Below, one piece after another: positions 12,601-26,737 of a DNA stretch of 64,000 bases. The position numbers and the translations under genes are program-made. Source of the stretch: Eledone cirrhosa (lineage: Eukaryota). The first letter of the stretch is position 1. Every line of letters begins with the position of its first letter. The notes beneath the pieces were generated by a model. The model ran no database searches. It had not been told where the DNA came from and was given only the letters and a program-made list of their open reading frames with translations. Location: NCBI GenBank assembly GCA_964016885.1, contig OZ024746.1:5394001-5458000 (forward strand). The letters are read 5' to 3'.

Positions 12601-13510
12601 GGCAGAAAGTGCCGAGAAAAAGCCTATATTATTACCTAATATAATTTCATCTTTCTAAATTCAGTGTAAAAACTCTATTAGACTTAAATTTGTCATTTGC
12701 ACCTAAAGAGATCAATAGTATACACAGTAGTAATATTCAGTCGTCTATTGCTTTACACAGGCTAACACAAGGCAAAACTGCGAAGAAAAAGTGTAGTTCC
12801 TAGTAGTAACTTACCATTTTACTAAAAAGGAACTATTATATTAATTAGCTCATATATGAGCTAATTAATATAATAATGAGCTTGTCAAATAATGTTTGAT
12901 GGAAAATGAAATTGCTTACAGTCGAATTTGAACATCGAAACTAAATACCGTATTTTTCTGCCGCTATAACGTCTCATTCAATTTCATCACCATTTTTATT
13001 AATATATAATAATGATTTCTTTATTAAGATGATGTCTCTTAATTTGCGCATGAATGCGTATCTCTCAGCTACAACCAACTTATATCCAAGAAGTCGATGA
13101 CATCTCTATCTCTTTATTCAATTCCATAACTCTCTCACACAATATTTTTTTATATGGGTTAGGCTGGTGTTGGGAGAAGAACTAATAGAAGATTCTTTTC
13201 TCTCTTCTCAATATTAACGACACCTATTTCTCGTTGATTTCTCCTAATAACTTGGGGCACTTTTAAAACATCTTATATTTATATTGGAAACATTACAAAG
13301 GGAACTACCTCACCTTGTACCACATTTCACTTCTTTGTAGCGTTTGACTGTTTTATATTATTTAAGTCAAACCGGATGCTGGAGATAGCAGGGAGGTAAC
13401 GTACAAGAGATAAAGAAATGTAAGTAGTTTATTAAATTCGTTTTTTCTTATAAAAAAATCAGAATTTGAACTATGTCAGTCTAAATTAAACGAAATCTCA
13501 TTATTGGTTT

Positions 13511-13720
13511 CGGCGGGATTTGAACTCAGAATGGCAAGCGCCGTAACTCTATGCGTCGGACGCCATGCTTTGACGCATAGAGTTACAGCCCTTGCCATTC
13601 TGAGTTCAAATCCCGCCGAGGTTAACTTTGCCTTTCATCCTTACGGGGTCGATAAAATAAAGTACCAGTAATACACTGGAGTAATTGCTGGCCTTGTGCC
13701 AAAAGTAGAAACAATTATTA
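13511..13720 (+). mobile_element. tRNA-derived SINE with a 5' inverted duplication
   Basis: 13555-13720 is the SINE; 13511-13557 is the reverse complement of 13572-13618. Confidence 0.9.
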
Positions 13721-14038
13721 ACTATGGACATATATTTTATTGTATTTCTGTCTTTTTCAGCTTTACTTTCCCAATATATTTCAGTTATATTTTACATCCT
13801 TCTTCTATTATCGATCATATATTTCATAAATCTCTCGTTTTTATTTCATATTTTATTTATTCTCCCCGTCTCTCGATATCATCTGTCTCATATTACCTCT
13901 CCTCACATCAGCTTAACTGATGTTTGTATGTATGTATGTATGTATGTATGTATGTATGTATGTATGTATGTATGTATGTATGTATGTATGTATGTATGTA
14001 TGTATGGATAGATGTATGTATGTATGTATCTATGTGTG

Positions 14039-14067
<29 letters not shown>

Positions 14068-14069
<2 letters not shown>

Positions 14070-14584
14070 GGTTTCTTGGTGAGGAGGGTGACTTTGGACA
14101 TCCTGCAGGACTAAAAACAAGACCTGTCAAAGGGCAAAGGAGCTCTTAAGAGTCAATGGCCATCCAAAATCACAGGGAGAGATGACCCCTTAGCCTTTGT
14201 CAAGGCAGAATTCTAGGAGAAGGAAAACTCTGATATAACACCTGCAACCCTGATGGTATCCAATGATGTTGACTTGTTCTTCTTTTTGGTAAATATCATC
14301 TTGGTTAAGAGAGTGGGACTGGCTTTGTGCAGTGCCTTTGCTCACTATAAAAGCTTCACGGCACAGGCATTGCTTTATATCTGGAGATATCTCTGCACTT
14401 GTCATCACATATACCATGGGCCCAGCACTATATGTCAATAATGGTCACAAGTGGGGTGTTTGTGCTAGAGTTTTCAAGTCGGTGGCTGGACTAAAAAGTC
14501 ACACTCGTTCAGCGCATCGGTAGGGGTTCTCCTACATGGATATAAAGTAGTGGCCGTACTCGAAAACGAGTTGGCAGCCACCAT
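14068..14584 (+). mobile_element. Non-autonomous RTE derivative, copy 2, 5'-truncated
   Basis: Homologous to 2755-3363; encodes remnant CARVFKSVAGLKSHTRSAHR*. Confidence 0.75.
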
Positions 14585-14612
14585 GTATGTATGTATGTAT
14601 GTATGTATTATG

Positions 14613-15213
14613 TCAGGTCACCACTTGGTGCTACTGGTAACATGTATCCCAGTACAACCTGTCTCATGGTCGGGTCGTTGGCGACTAAACTGGCAACCCC
14701 ACCAAGGTTTCTTGGTGAGGAGGGTGACTTTGGACATCCTGCAGGACTAAAAACAAAACCTGTCAAAGAAGCTCTTAAGAGTCAATGGCCATCCAAAATC
14801 ACCGGGAGAGATGACTCCTTAGCCTTTGTCAAGGCAGAATTCTAGGAAAAGGAAAACTCTGATATAACACCTGCAACCCTTATGGTATTCAATGATGTTG
14901 ACTTGTTCTTCTTTTTGGTAAATATCATCTTGGTTAAGGGAGTGGGACTGGCTTTGTGCAGTGCCTTTGCTCACTATAAAAGCTTCACGGCACAGGCATT
15001 GCTTTATATCTGGAGAGCTCTCTGCACTTGTCGTCACATGGTACCATGGGCCCAGCACTATGTGTCAATAATTGTCACAAGTGTAGTGTTTGTACCAGAG
15101 ATTTCAAGTGCTGGTTGGACTAAAAAGTCACACTCGTTCAGCGCATCGGTAGGGGTTCTCCTACATAGATATAAAGTAGTGGCCGTACTCGAAAACGAGT
15201 TGGCAGCCACCAT
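14613..15213 (+). mobile_element. Non-autonomous RTE derivative, copy 3
   Basis: Homologous to 2755-3363 with the same 5' start; sits in the (TATG)n tail of copy 2. Confidence 0.75.
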
Positions 15214-15399
15214 GTATGTATGTATGTATGTATGTATGTATGTATGTATGTATAGATGCATGTATGTATGTATGGATAGATGTATGTATGTATGTATGTA
15301 TGTATGTATGTATGTATGTATGGATGGATGGAGTGGTGGATGTCTATCAGCAAGGATATGTAAACGGAGAAAATGTTTTAAGAAGCGTCGAGCGAATTT

Positions 15400-15638
15400 G
15401 AATTTTGGCAAAATCAACCGGCAGGAGACCCAGAGGTAGACATCGACCAAGATGGTTGGATAACATCCATGAGATTGGCTGGTCTCACTTGGGGATCCAG
15501 CCGGATCAGTTGGAGACGGTTGCTTCTGACAGGTACCGCTGGAGGGAGTGTTTGATGACTCTGCCCCCTAGACTCTCTCAGGAATAAGTGGGCAAAGAAG
15601 AAGAAGAAGAAGAAGAAGAAGAAGAAGAAGAAGAAGAA
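15400..15638 (+). mobile_element. RTE-clade LINE 3' end with (GAA)n tail
   Basis: GRRPRGRHRPRWLDNI...ASDRYRWR C-terminal motif, stop codon, (GAA)n. Confidence 0.85.
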
Positions 15639-16114
15639 AGATATGATAGCTCATTGTAAGCTGGCTTGATTAATAGATAGTCCATCAAGTTCGCGATATA
15701 AAGAGACAGGAAAGTATGTAGGCCACAAGTTTTGCTTTTTATATAGGTCAGAGGTTTACCAATAATTTTGATGATATTTTTCTTTCAGATGCATTTTAAT
15801 CCAAATTTTCATGTAAAAAAATACACTGCAAATATTAAGGTCATATGTGTAATCGTACTTTTGTATTCTCACATTTGAAATAATATATGATGAAATATTT
15901 GATTCTGTAGAATTTCTTCATATAAAAAAATTAATCAACTTAGTACTTTTATGTTTTTTTAACTTTGTCAAACACAAATATTTGAATATTATTCCTAAAT
16001 GTAATGTAATACATGTCTAACACACAATTAATTGTTATATGAGATCGTGTATTGCACACGCACATCTTCAAAATATCGATTCATGTTAGTATATATGTGT
16101 AGGATAAACCATAT

Positions 16115-16197
<83 letters not shown>

Positions 16198-16306
16198 CCA
16201 TATATATATATATATATATATATATGGGTGGTAGTGTTTGCATGTATGAATTGGGACGTCGATACCGATAAAAGGTCTAAGAAACAATAAACGAATATAA
16301 TAAAGT

Positions 16307-16369
<63 letters not shown>

Positions 16370-16500
16370 TATGTATATATATATATATATACATCTATGT
16401 ATATATATATATGTGCTCTGTGCCTCTTCCTAAGGGGTTAATATATCGAGCTTCTTCGCATTTGGTAAGTAACTGGTATTATACCCAATTTATTCATCTC

Positions 16501-16591
<91 letters not shown>

Positions 16592-16612
16592 TGTGTGTGT
16601 GTGTGTGTGTAC

Positions 16613-16745
16613 ATTCATTTATTATGGCTATTGGTGAGCTTTGTTACTCTAAAGTTTCACCTGTGCACTCACAGATCACCAGTCTTACCTGGTGAGTACG
16701 CAGGTGAGACCCCAGAGTAACAAGTCTTAGCCATAATAAATGAAT
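16613..16745. repeat. Imperfect inverted repeat of Penelope-like 3'-end fragments
   Basis: ATTCATTTATTATGGCTA / TAGCCATAATAAATGAAT outer arms; each arm has GA(A/G)AC..AGAGTAACAA then AATAAA; similar to 63895-63940. Confidence 0.6.
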
Positions 16746-17240
16746 ATTTAAACTCTACTTCGATATTGAGTTTTCATTCTATCGTCCGTCAATAATTCAC
16801 GTACTCTCAGGTCTTGAATAATCGTCCCCACCCTCAGCTTATTAATTTGTCAGATTTTCCCTCCCCGGTTTTTATTAAATGTGTGTTGTGGTAGTTTGGG
16901 GGAGAGAAATATAATTATTGGGGGTGGGGCATGGTCCCGCTGGCCCCATAAGCACAAGTCGAACAATCGGAAGGGAAAGCCGATCATACAGACCCCAGCA
17001 TTCGATTACGTTACTTTATCGATCTCGGAAGGATGACATGAAAAGTTGACTTCGACATTCTATAAAAGGTAAGGAGCAGGAACATATGCCGCAAATTATC
17101 TTATTCCACACCCTACCGATTCTACCAATCCAACATCCTTGTTTTTATACACCTTTAGTTTGGGAGTGTATTATCAGTTAACGCCTGTTTTCCTCTATGT
17201 GTTCTATGTGTATATATGTAGGTATATAACGAGAGAGGGT

Positions 17241-17271
<31 letters not shown>

Positions 17272-17679
17272 TGATGGAGAGAAAGAAGGGGATAGTGAGG
17301 GATTTATGTAATATGTTATCATATTTTGCTTTGCAATTATCGCAACCAATTCAGACTATATTTACTTTGACATTGGTAAATCACGTCAGGCAGTACCTGG
17401 TGCCTTCTACTAAACATAACAACATTTCCCGTTTGTGAAAGATAAGTGATTTATTCCTGAATACTCTTGTGAAAAGATAGAGCAAAACAGGAGAAATATA
17501 ATGAAATGTCGCATAATCTTAAATTGCCTCCACATTCTTTAACGACCATGTAATGGCGAACTTCTGTGTTGTTATTTTCTGTCTTTTAACCACCGAGTCA
17601 TTACGTGCATGCATATACACAGGCTTTCCCTCCTCTCTCTCACATAAACACACACACATACACACACACATATATATAT

Positions 17680-17870
17680 ATAGGAAAATGTTCAAGACCC
17701 CGATGGCAGAGCTCAAGCCGTTTCGACGGCTATTTCGGAAATAGCCGTCGAAACGGCTTGAGCTCTGCCATCGGGGTCTTGAACATTTTCCTATTACCCA
17801 CTCTACTACCAAAAGTATTGAGTACTCTGGTGCATTATGGTCCACCTGGTTCCTTACCACACTTCTTTCG

Positions 17871-17873
<3 letters not shown>
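17680..17873. mobile_element. ~140-bp (TA)n-inserted element (family P) with a terminal palindrome
   Basis: 17680-17794 is a perfect palindrome with ~56-bp arms; 8 related copies in the window. Confidence 0.85.
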
Positions 17874-17950
<77 letters not shown>

Positions 17951-18104
17951 CAATGGGTTACTACTCGACGGCTGAGCTCTTGCCTTTCGAATACCTACGC
18001 TCTACTTTGTTAAGTATCTTGTACTAAACCGAAGAAAGATCTTAATAGCCTAAACTGGTAACTTCCAAACTCTTAACCGATCTATCTGTCTGTCTGTCTG
18101 TCTC

Positions 18105-20222
18105 AGTTCTGCAGGCAAGGGCGTAGTAAGGCTGATCAGGAAAGATGAGAACAAGGGGGATGAGATAAGGAATTTCAGGTCCATAAATCTGATCAACACA
18201 GAGTTAAAGATTTTGGCCAAGGTGTTCGCAGCGAGGCTGGCGCTTGTCGTCGAAAATCTGCTAGGGGAAGCGCAAACGTGTGAAATCCCGACCAGGTCCA
18301 TACACGAAAACCTCCACCTCATGCGATACATCATAGAGAGGGTGGGGTGTAAACCTGGCTTCGGTGGGGCTCTGATCAATTTAGATCTGTCTAAGGCATT
18401 TAATAGGGTCGACCATCAATACTTGGAAGCGGTTCTCAAGGCGGCCGGCTTCGGTCCCGTCTTCAGAGGCTGGATCGCTGCCATGCACACCAGCATCTGC
18501 TTGGCAGTCAAGGTGAATGGCTACCTATCGGAAGCCATTCCAAATCATGCGTTCCATCCGTCAGGGGTGCCCAATCTCCTCCATTCCGTATGTACTGACT
18601 CTCGAGCCATTACTGCGGAAGTTGGAGTTGTTGCAGGGCATCCCGATTGAACCAGGATCTATGCCGACGACATAACCGTAATGGTGTGGAAAACCTCGGA
18701 AATCGGGGTAATTGGCAACCTATTACAGGAATACGAAACGTTGATAGGAGCAAGACTAAACCCAAACAAGTCTGTCGGTTTGCAACTCGGCACATGGAGA
18801 GGCAAATTGTGCAAACAGTGTCGTTGGACGCTGGACGGAAAGACCAGTGAAATTGCTTGGGGTCTGGTTTGGTCCAACCTCCAGGTGGACAAGAACTGGA
18901 ACGAGGTCACGGCGAAAGTGTTTGCATTCACCCAGAAGTGGGCTGAGTGCAAACTCTCCTTGAAAGGTCGAGCGGAGGTGGCGAACACTTACATAGCGTC
19001 GGTCATCTACTACCGCTTGACAGTCGTGCCCTGTCCCCGCGAATACCTCACCAAAATGGAACGCCTAATCTTCAAGTTCCTCTGGAAGAAACAGGCTCCA
19101 CTGGTGAGGAGATCCATCTGTTATCAACACCTTTCTAACGGAGGGCTGGGTATGCCGTGGCCGAAGATGTGCAAACACGCACTGAAGCTACGCCATCTCC
19201 AGGTGTTCCTGACCGGCGAACCGGTGTGGCTGTCGTTTGTGAGACGAGCTCTTCCACAACTCGTCTCACTAACAGAGCTACAGTCCTGGGTCAAGCTAAG
19301 ACCGAAAATGGGCGCCTGGCACCTGGAGTGCCGTCAGGCGCTCACAGCCCTCTACCAGCGGAAACCGCAATCTCAGCGGAGACTCCACTTTGACATTCTA
19401 TAGGAGATTAGTGGAGGATAAGTGCGACGACGTTCTCAGTGAAACTCTAGGCATCGAGGCCTATGGATAATTTCCAGAGGTCTCTGGCCTGGCAGTTCTA
19501 CCGAGGAGCTCTACCAGTTCGAGACAAAATCTACAGGCACGGACGCCCTGGCAGAGATCCTGCCAAAAGGACTTGTCCAAGATGCGAGCAGGACATCGAA
19601 ACCGTTCTGCACGCAATTGTTCAGTGCCCAGGGGTGACCGACCTGTGGAATTATGTCGAACAGCTACTGTCACGTGTGGGACTCATCCAGTTGTCAGTGA
19701 GGATCACCCCGCCGCCTTCATTTAAGAATGAAGAAGAGGCGGTTTTACACTGTCTGGTGGCTATGGCGAAAGAGGTAATATGGTGGACGAGGTGAAAAGG
19801 ACTGAGGGCAAGCACCTTTCTCTCTGGACAACAACTTATCCCCTTCTTTAAGTATCACTTCAGAAGGAAGGTGAGAGTGGAGAGAGAGGTGCTACACCCC
19901 AGTAAATTCGATGAAAGGTGGGTGAATGTGGCTAAAATGGCCCGAGTGAATGGCCCTTCTGTGTATATAAACCTGTAGGTTGAGGAAGATAAACAGAGGG
20001 AACACCTACAAAACGTGTTCCTGGTGTTGAGGGTTGTTCTATCCACGGGGTGTAAAACAACCCCGCAGTAGCGTTACCCCCTCCCCCCCAATGGGGATTT
20101 CAATTGTTTTATTTTATATAGTTTATTGTTATTTATCATTGTTAAAGATTTTATGTAAAACCTCCGCCGTCACGTCTTGTAATGTTCCAGTTTTGTTCGT
20201 CCCTGTGGCAAATAGAGAAAGA
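18105..20222 (+). mobile_element. 5'-truncated L1/Tx1-like LINE (frameshifted RT and C-terminal Cys motif)
   Basis: NFRSINLINTELKILAK, LDLSKAFNRVDH, RQGCP, YADDIT, GGLGMP, CPRC..ETVLHAIVQC spread across frames. Confidence 0.92.
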
Positions 20223-20295
20223 TATATATCTATCTGTCTGTCTATCTATCTATCTGTCTATCTATTTATCTCTCTGTCTATCTATCTATCTATCT

Positions 20296-20607
20296 CCCAG
20301 CAAATTTTATAAAAGGTGGGTGAATGTGGCAAAGATGGCCCGAGTGGTTGGGCCTTCTCTCTATATAAGCCTGTAGGTTGAGGAAAAAGAGGAAGTGAGG
20401 AAGGGAGTACTCACTCTTGGTGCTTCTGGAGATGAGGGTTGTACATTTTTCCGGGTGTGTACAACCCCTGTGTAACACCTCTCCCCTATTGGGGACTTCA
20501 ATTGTTATTTGTTATTTTACTAATAGTTTTATTTTCATATACCTGTATGTAAACTCCCCATTTGTATTTGTCCCCTTCTTTTGTGCCCTTGTGGCTAATA
20601 AAGAAAT
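20296..20607 (+). mobile_element. Second 3' fragment of the same L1/Tx1-like family
   Basis: Homologous to 19897-20222 (RWVNVAKMARV); followed by (TCTA)n. Confidence 0.85.
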
Positions 20608-20643
<36 letters not shown>

Positions 20644-20644
20644 T

Positions 20645-20675
<31 letters not shown>

Positions 20676-22199
20676 CTATCTGTCTATCTATATATCTGTC
20701 TGTCTGTCTATGTATCTATCTGTCTCTATTTCACTCACCCTCCCACCCTCTCTCACTCTCTTTCTCTCTCTGTATGTCTCGCTGCCTCTCTCTATCTCTT
20801 TCTATATATGTAGTTTATATTTCACAATACACAATATAATAAAATGTTAAGGATAGTCCAGATTGACACAGCTGGTGTTAGTTTTCTCGCAAATGCACGA
20901 AGTAGAAAACCTATCTTATAAAGTAGAAATGGAAATAAAAAGAATTAATTTTAAGAGAAGTGCAAAAGTTTCCATTTGTAAAAAAATAAAGAAAACAATT
21001 TTTAGCGAAACGCAGGTGATAAGATTTCAAATTTTTCCTTCAGATTTGTTTCAAACTTTTCCTATAAAATATATTTCCTCATCCCTTTACGATGATCTTT
21101 AAGCTGTATGACCTTCACTTGAAATTTGACCTAACATTACAAATTACACAATCACATGCCTTATGAATATATATATTTCAATAGACATATACACATACTG
21201 CATACAACCCCATATATAAATGTATGTATGTACACATATATGCATGTGTGTGTGTTTGTTTGTGTGTTCACATCATACAATTCACAAATGCATGAAATTG
21301 AAAGATGATCTTATTAGATATAGAAGAATTATATACCCAAAATATTTATCTTAAGTGTATTAGTACACATATAACGAGCTGGAATATTGATTCCTATTTC
21401 CCCCCTTTGGAGTATCTAACTCTGTTTAAGTATTAATTTAATAGTTTTCTAATATTAATTCTTTAAATTTCATTTTAATTGTGTTTTGTTTTATGGCAAG
21501 TACGTCAATTTTAAGTATTTGTGTTTGATGTAATTAACATATTTTCGTTTTTCTGTTTCATTATTTTCTAATTAAAACCTATTAATATTAAGACTGCTGC
21601 TGTGTGTAACTCTGGGCTTTAAGATGTGTTTGTAGCGCAATCATAGAGTAACATATGTCAATATTACTACAGACGTTCAATTTAACGTTATCTCTTTTCC
21701 ACCAAAGATATTTTATATCTTTTTAGACGTGAAGAATATTCCGCCATTGAAGAGTCTCAACCGCATCAGAATAACGTCAAAAAGACTTAATCTCATCAGT
21801 GAAATGTTTAGTGATAAATTACAGATACTATTACATTTAGCTGCTGGTCGTTGTAGAGTATAATCTAAGTATGTGAGATGAATAACAGTTTAGTAAGTTA
21901 CCAATTAGTAGAATAAATACTTTAGGATTTATACAAGTTTGAAATGCCGAAGCTCTAAGGATTTAACTCTGTAAGTTTGAAATATAAAATCAATTTAAGA
22001 AAATAATTTAATCTTTATAGATATGTTTGTGCTTCTACTGGTTTCTATGGTGATGATGATGATGGTGATTATCGTGGGGTTTATCGTGGGGCTTTTAGTG
22101 ATGGCTATAATTGATGTGAAAATGATCATCGCTATGAAGATAAGAAAGATTAAACAAGAAGAATAATATTACTGCTGATCACGAACAATGGCAACAATC

Positions 22200-22241
<42 letters not shown>

Positions 22242-22308
22242 ATAGCAGCAGTAGGAGACAAAAAAAGGTGTGGGCAATATATTTTCGCTATATATCTACT
22301 ACTACTAC

Positions 22309-22344
<36 letters not shown>

Positions 22345-22348
22345 TTAT

Positions 22349-22525
22349 ATTAAAATAACAGATTAAAGTTTAAGCAACGAATCGCTGCTTTCACCCTTAA
22401 CGGGATCTTCTAATATTTGTTATTTCAATAAATATTTGGTCTAGGGTTCTTATATATTTAATATATATATTTATCCTTATTGAGCCCTCTTTGGATTTTA
22501 GTCTTCACATTTATTATCATTACTA
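22349..22525 (-). mobile_element. (TA)n-associated short element, family F, long version
   Basis: Shares both ends with 33480-33580 (+) and 49808-49873 (-). Confidence 0.6.
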
Positions 22526-22863
22526 TGTATATGAGAGAGTATTGAAGTTTGCTTGAAGCATTGTGGAATAATAAAAAATTTTGGTCGTTTTGGAAGCCTC
22601 AACAGTGCAGATGGGTAAATCTCCGGGTAACAGAATCCGGTGGTGAAGAGAGAGAAAATGTAGAATGAAATGTATAGTGTGTAGAAAAGAGCGCAACAAA
22701 TAAAACTAATAACAGGAGATAGAGTTACCTTGGGAGAGATTTAATTGTCCCTATATTTCACATTTCGCATCCATCAACTGGGGGGTTTTCCGAGGGGAAA
22801 GTTATCTGTCGGAGAGGAACGGTACGTGGCCTCTGTTGTCCGCCGTTTGTGTGTAACTGAGAT

Positions 22864-22932
<69 letters not shown>

Positions 22933-22955
22933 TATATATATGTCTGAAATATAAG

Positions 22956-23060
<105 letters not shown>

Positions 23061-23081
23061 ACACACATATATATATATATG

Positions 23082-23112
<31 letters not shown>

Positions 23113-23125
23113 GTATATATATATA

Positions 23126-23223
23126 CGGGGTGTCCCCAAAACTGTATATACACTTCAACAGCATTCTAATAAATATTGCCTGTACACGTAATCAAAGTGT
23201 GTATACATTTTTGGGACACCCTG
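23126..23223. mobile_element. Tc1/mariner-type MITE (98 bp)
   Basis: ~30-bp imperfect TIRs CGGGGTGTCCCCAAAACTGTATATACACTT / AAGTGTGTATACATTTTTGGGACACCCTG; TA on both sides. Confidence 0.85.
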
Positions 23224-23593
23224 TATTCATCCGGAATTAAATAATAGTTAGTCCGAATTTTTCTGTATTAAACATACTTGCGATGTTAAAGTATCATAGT
23301 GTCGAATTGCCTGGCATTTCAGAGCAATTCACGTGTTCCATATATAACCTCAAGTACACAGCAGAGAGCTCAATGAACAGAGCCACTGCTATACAGAAAC
23401 TATATTTGTAATTAGAAAGATGCACCAAAATACTTCGGATTAAAGCTAGAACCATATGAAGAATGTTTCCATTTGAGGGGGTCATCGAATCAGAAAATAT
23501 ATATTTAAATATAAAACTAATTGAAATCAGTAGCACATCATGGGACATAAGATATTTAAATAGTATCATCGTTTCGAAAACCACTTCTGCTGG

Positions 23594-23762
23594 AATATAA
23601 AACCAATAACGTTAATATAAAAGCAATAATGTTAATATATAAACCAATAATGTTAATATAAAAGCAATAATGTTAATATATAAACCAATAACGTTAATAT
23701 AAAAGCAATAATGTTAATATATAAACCAATAATGTTAATATAAAAGCAATAATGTTAATATA
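23594..23762 (+). repeat. AT-rich minisatellite with alternating 20/21-bp units
   Basis: AATATAAAAGCAATAATGTT alternates with AATATATAAACCAATAATGTT. Confidence 0.9.
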
Positions 23763-26010
23763 AGCTATAACGGAAATATATAAACAACAACGCTAATAAA
23801 ACTTAATAAAAATCCCGACAAAACTGTTTCTGTAGGCATCATGATTATATTTCTTTTAAGGTTTTCTCCTTTAGGAGAAAACCTTAAAAGATTTTTATAC
23901 AAAGGTTATTTCTATGATATAGAGACCCCTCCCCCTCTCTCTGGTAGTCGAGCGTTTAAAAGAGGGGAGGAGGGGAATTCTGAACTATTAACTTTCGCTC
24001 TTCCTCTAAATTTAATTACAAAACGGAAGCAAACAATGCCCTGCCGAAATTAAAGAAAATATTAACTTGTATTGAAGTATATTCAATATATATTGATTAT
24101 TAAACGTTGTGAATATGACAAATACAATCTACAGAACTCAATAAAAATATTTCTAGAGAATAGATAGACAAACTATTCCAAGGTTAACAGCAAATTAAAG
24201 TTCCGAAAAATACTGCCTCAGCTCGAATATCAAACATTCATCTAAAGGAAGCAGCGAAATCTTCATCAAATGATTCATCACTGCCTTTAATAAAGAAATG
24301 ATATATAGGAAAATTTAGTCCCGATGTAAATTCATATCACCTTAGAATATAGAAACAACAAAGGACCCGTAGATAATAACTACTCCAACGGGCTATATCA
24401 TTTCAATTTTATAGAAGACCTTATCTTTTCATAGATTTCTGAACACAGCAAAGTAGACAGATCAGCCTAACACACAATACATTTACTTCTATATAAAATT
24501 TAAGCTGTGTAAATGTAGCGTGTGATAAGATCTTTTCATAAACACCTGCTTCTTAGGAGAAAAAAACTTAAAATGAGTTCAAATATATGCTTGAAAGATA
24601 TGTAACTTTAAATTTCCTTTCTCTTATATTTGATAAACGAAGAATTTATCATTTTTGTAGCGTCATTTGTTTAATTTTGAATTTAAAAAAATTCAGATGT
24701 TCGGTAATTTTTGTCTAAGATAAGAAAATTATCTTTTGATTATTATTTTGATTTAGATGTTAAATAACATGTAAACAGATTAAAAATAATACTCAATGTA
24801 ATGCAAGTTTGAAAGACTGTTACTATTACATCTGCAATGGGATTACAAAAATCGAATAATGCACAAGTCGAATACTATTTTTTCATTTAATTAGATACAT
24901 ATGTTATACACATGTCTATGTCAATATATTCTCATATATACACACATTTAATTTCTTAGACAGTTCACGTACATAAACTCCCAAATTCAGATGCTGTTAT
25001 CAACATACACAAATAAATTTCCACTGTACATATTCTATCAACCATGCTTTCGTTTTTCGTTCTTAATCTTTTGAAATGTATTAAGCAGCTTATCGGCATG
25101 TCGTGTACAGTGGGGAAAATGCTGATTGTGAAACGTAATAATCATAAACATGCATTTCTTTGGTGATTTATAATTCTGTTTCAGTCAGTTGGCTAAATCA
25201 AATATATATAGAAATATATAAGCATTAATATCGGAAAAGAGAAAAAATTTAATGAGAATATTAATAAAAAGAATTAAGGAGAAATATATTGAGATAAAAA
25301 GTACTACTAACAATCTATTCAATAAATACTTTCATACATATAACACGTATGAATATTTTTAGAAACTGTATTTGCTTTCATCATTAATTATATTGACAGT
25401 TTTAGAAAATGTTAGGAACATTTATCTTCTCGTCTCGAACTAAAACTGAAATTACTTGACATATATGCAAATCAGCTATCTCTTTAACACACCCGATCAG
25501 TCATCTTCAGTAAAGTATTTTTGATTTTAAAAACGTACACAAGCGCAATATATAAACTTTTAAAATATTTAGAACTACTCAGTTATACACACATAATCGT
25601 TCAGCAGGGAGATATTTGAAATATGTCAGAGGTAAACATAGAACATTAAGTAATTTCTCTCTTTGATGTGCAGATATTAAGATGAATATTATAACATATA
25701 TTTCAAAATACACTGTCACATGGAAAGTTGTGTTAATTATGTTGACATATTGTATTTTAAAGATGAACATAACATCACAGATTAATTGCTGAGGTTTTTA
25801 AAATGTCTGTCAGATGTCTCATGGTATGTTTGAGACACGTGTAAAATTATTCAGGGATGACACCTGTGTGTAGAGTGAAATCGTTGCATAGCAACTGAGT
25901 TTGAAAGCTAACATACTCTCTAATAAATAACTTTCGTACGGGGATATCTTTAAATACACCATCTCTTAATAGAAGAACCCATTTCAAATACCGGTCGCTC
26001 TCCGACAGGT

Positions 26011-26223
26011 TTGCGGTTGTACTCTTGGCAGTGGAGACTGCTGGTATCCTCGGCCTTAGCCCCCCCCCCCCTACTCACCACCATAGGCGCTGAGCTGGCC
26101 CCCTGCAGGTGTGAGCCTCGCGAGTTGGAATGGCTTATCCAGCGCGTCTCCCTTGCCGTCCTCCAGGGAAACGCCTTCTCCATTCTGTCCGCCGGGGCTG
26201 TGGGGACGCCACCAATATGTTGA
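26011..26223 (+). mobile_element. 3' fragment of an RLE-type (CRE-like) non-LTR retrotransposon
   Basis: EPRELEWLIQRVSLAVLQGNAFSIL resembles the QR.S.A.Q.GNA C-terminus of restriction-like-endonuclease LINEs. Confidence 0.65.
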
Positions 26224-26518
26224 CTGACTTGTCATTTTATCAGTCAGATGTTCTTATTCTATATAAAGCATCTATTGTAAATACCACTCTTAATGACAAT
26301 TAGGATTGTTGTCATTGTTGTTGATGTCGTTGCACAGTTCTATACCAAAAGAAGCCACTTGGGTGACGGAGTATATGTATTATGATTGTTTAGCTATTAT
26401 ACATGTCTTCTGATGAGACCCAAACACGGTTAGACAATTGATAAAAAAGGTATTTATCATATTTTCATCTTGAGGGACAGAGATAAATATGACATGTTTA
26501 CAAGTCTTACATGTCTAG

Positions 26519-26584
<66 letters not shown>

Positions 26585-26737
26585 GTGTACGTTTGTTGGT
26601 TATACTTACTATGTTAAGTGAATAACCAAAATATCTAATTATTTAAAGATATTGAGTTAGATATTTATTACTCATATAATAATATAATGGTGTAGGTCTC
26701 AGTGTATATGGTGGTGTGGTAAATAAATATACACTGA

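Noticed and set aside
21727-21870. Possible exon between TTTTAG and GTATGT
   Set aside because: The longest frame ends in a stop before the donor and has no recognisable homology; needs RNA-seq
26410-26450. CTGATGA-GACC..GGTT hammerhead-like start
   Set aside because: GAAA and stem I are missing; too degenerate to call
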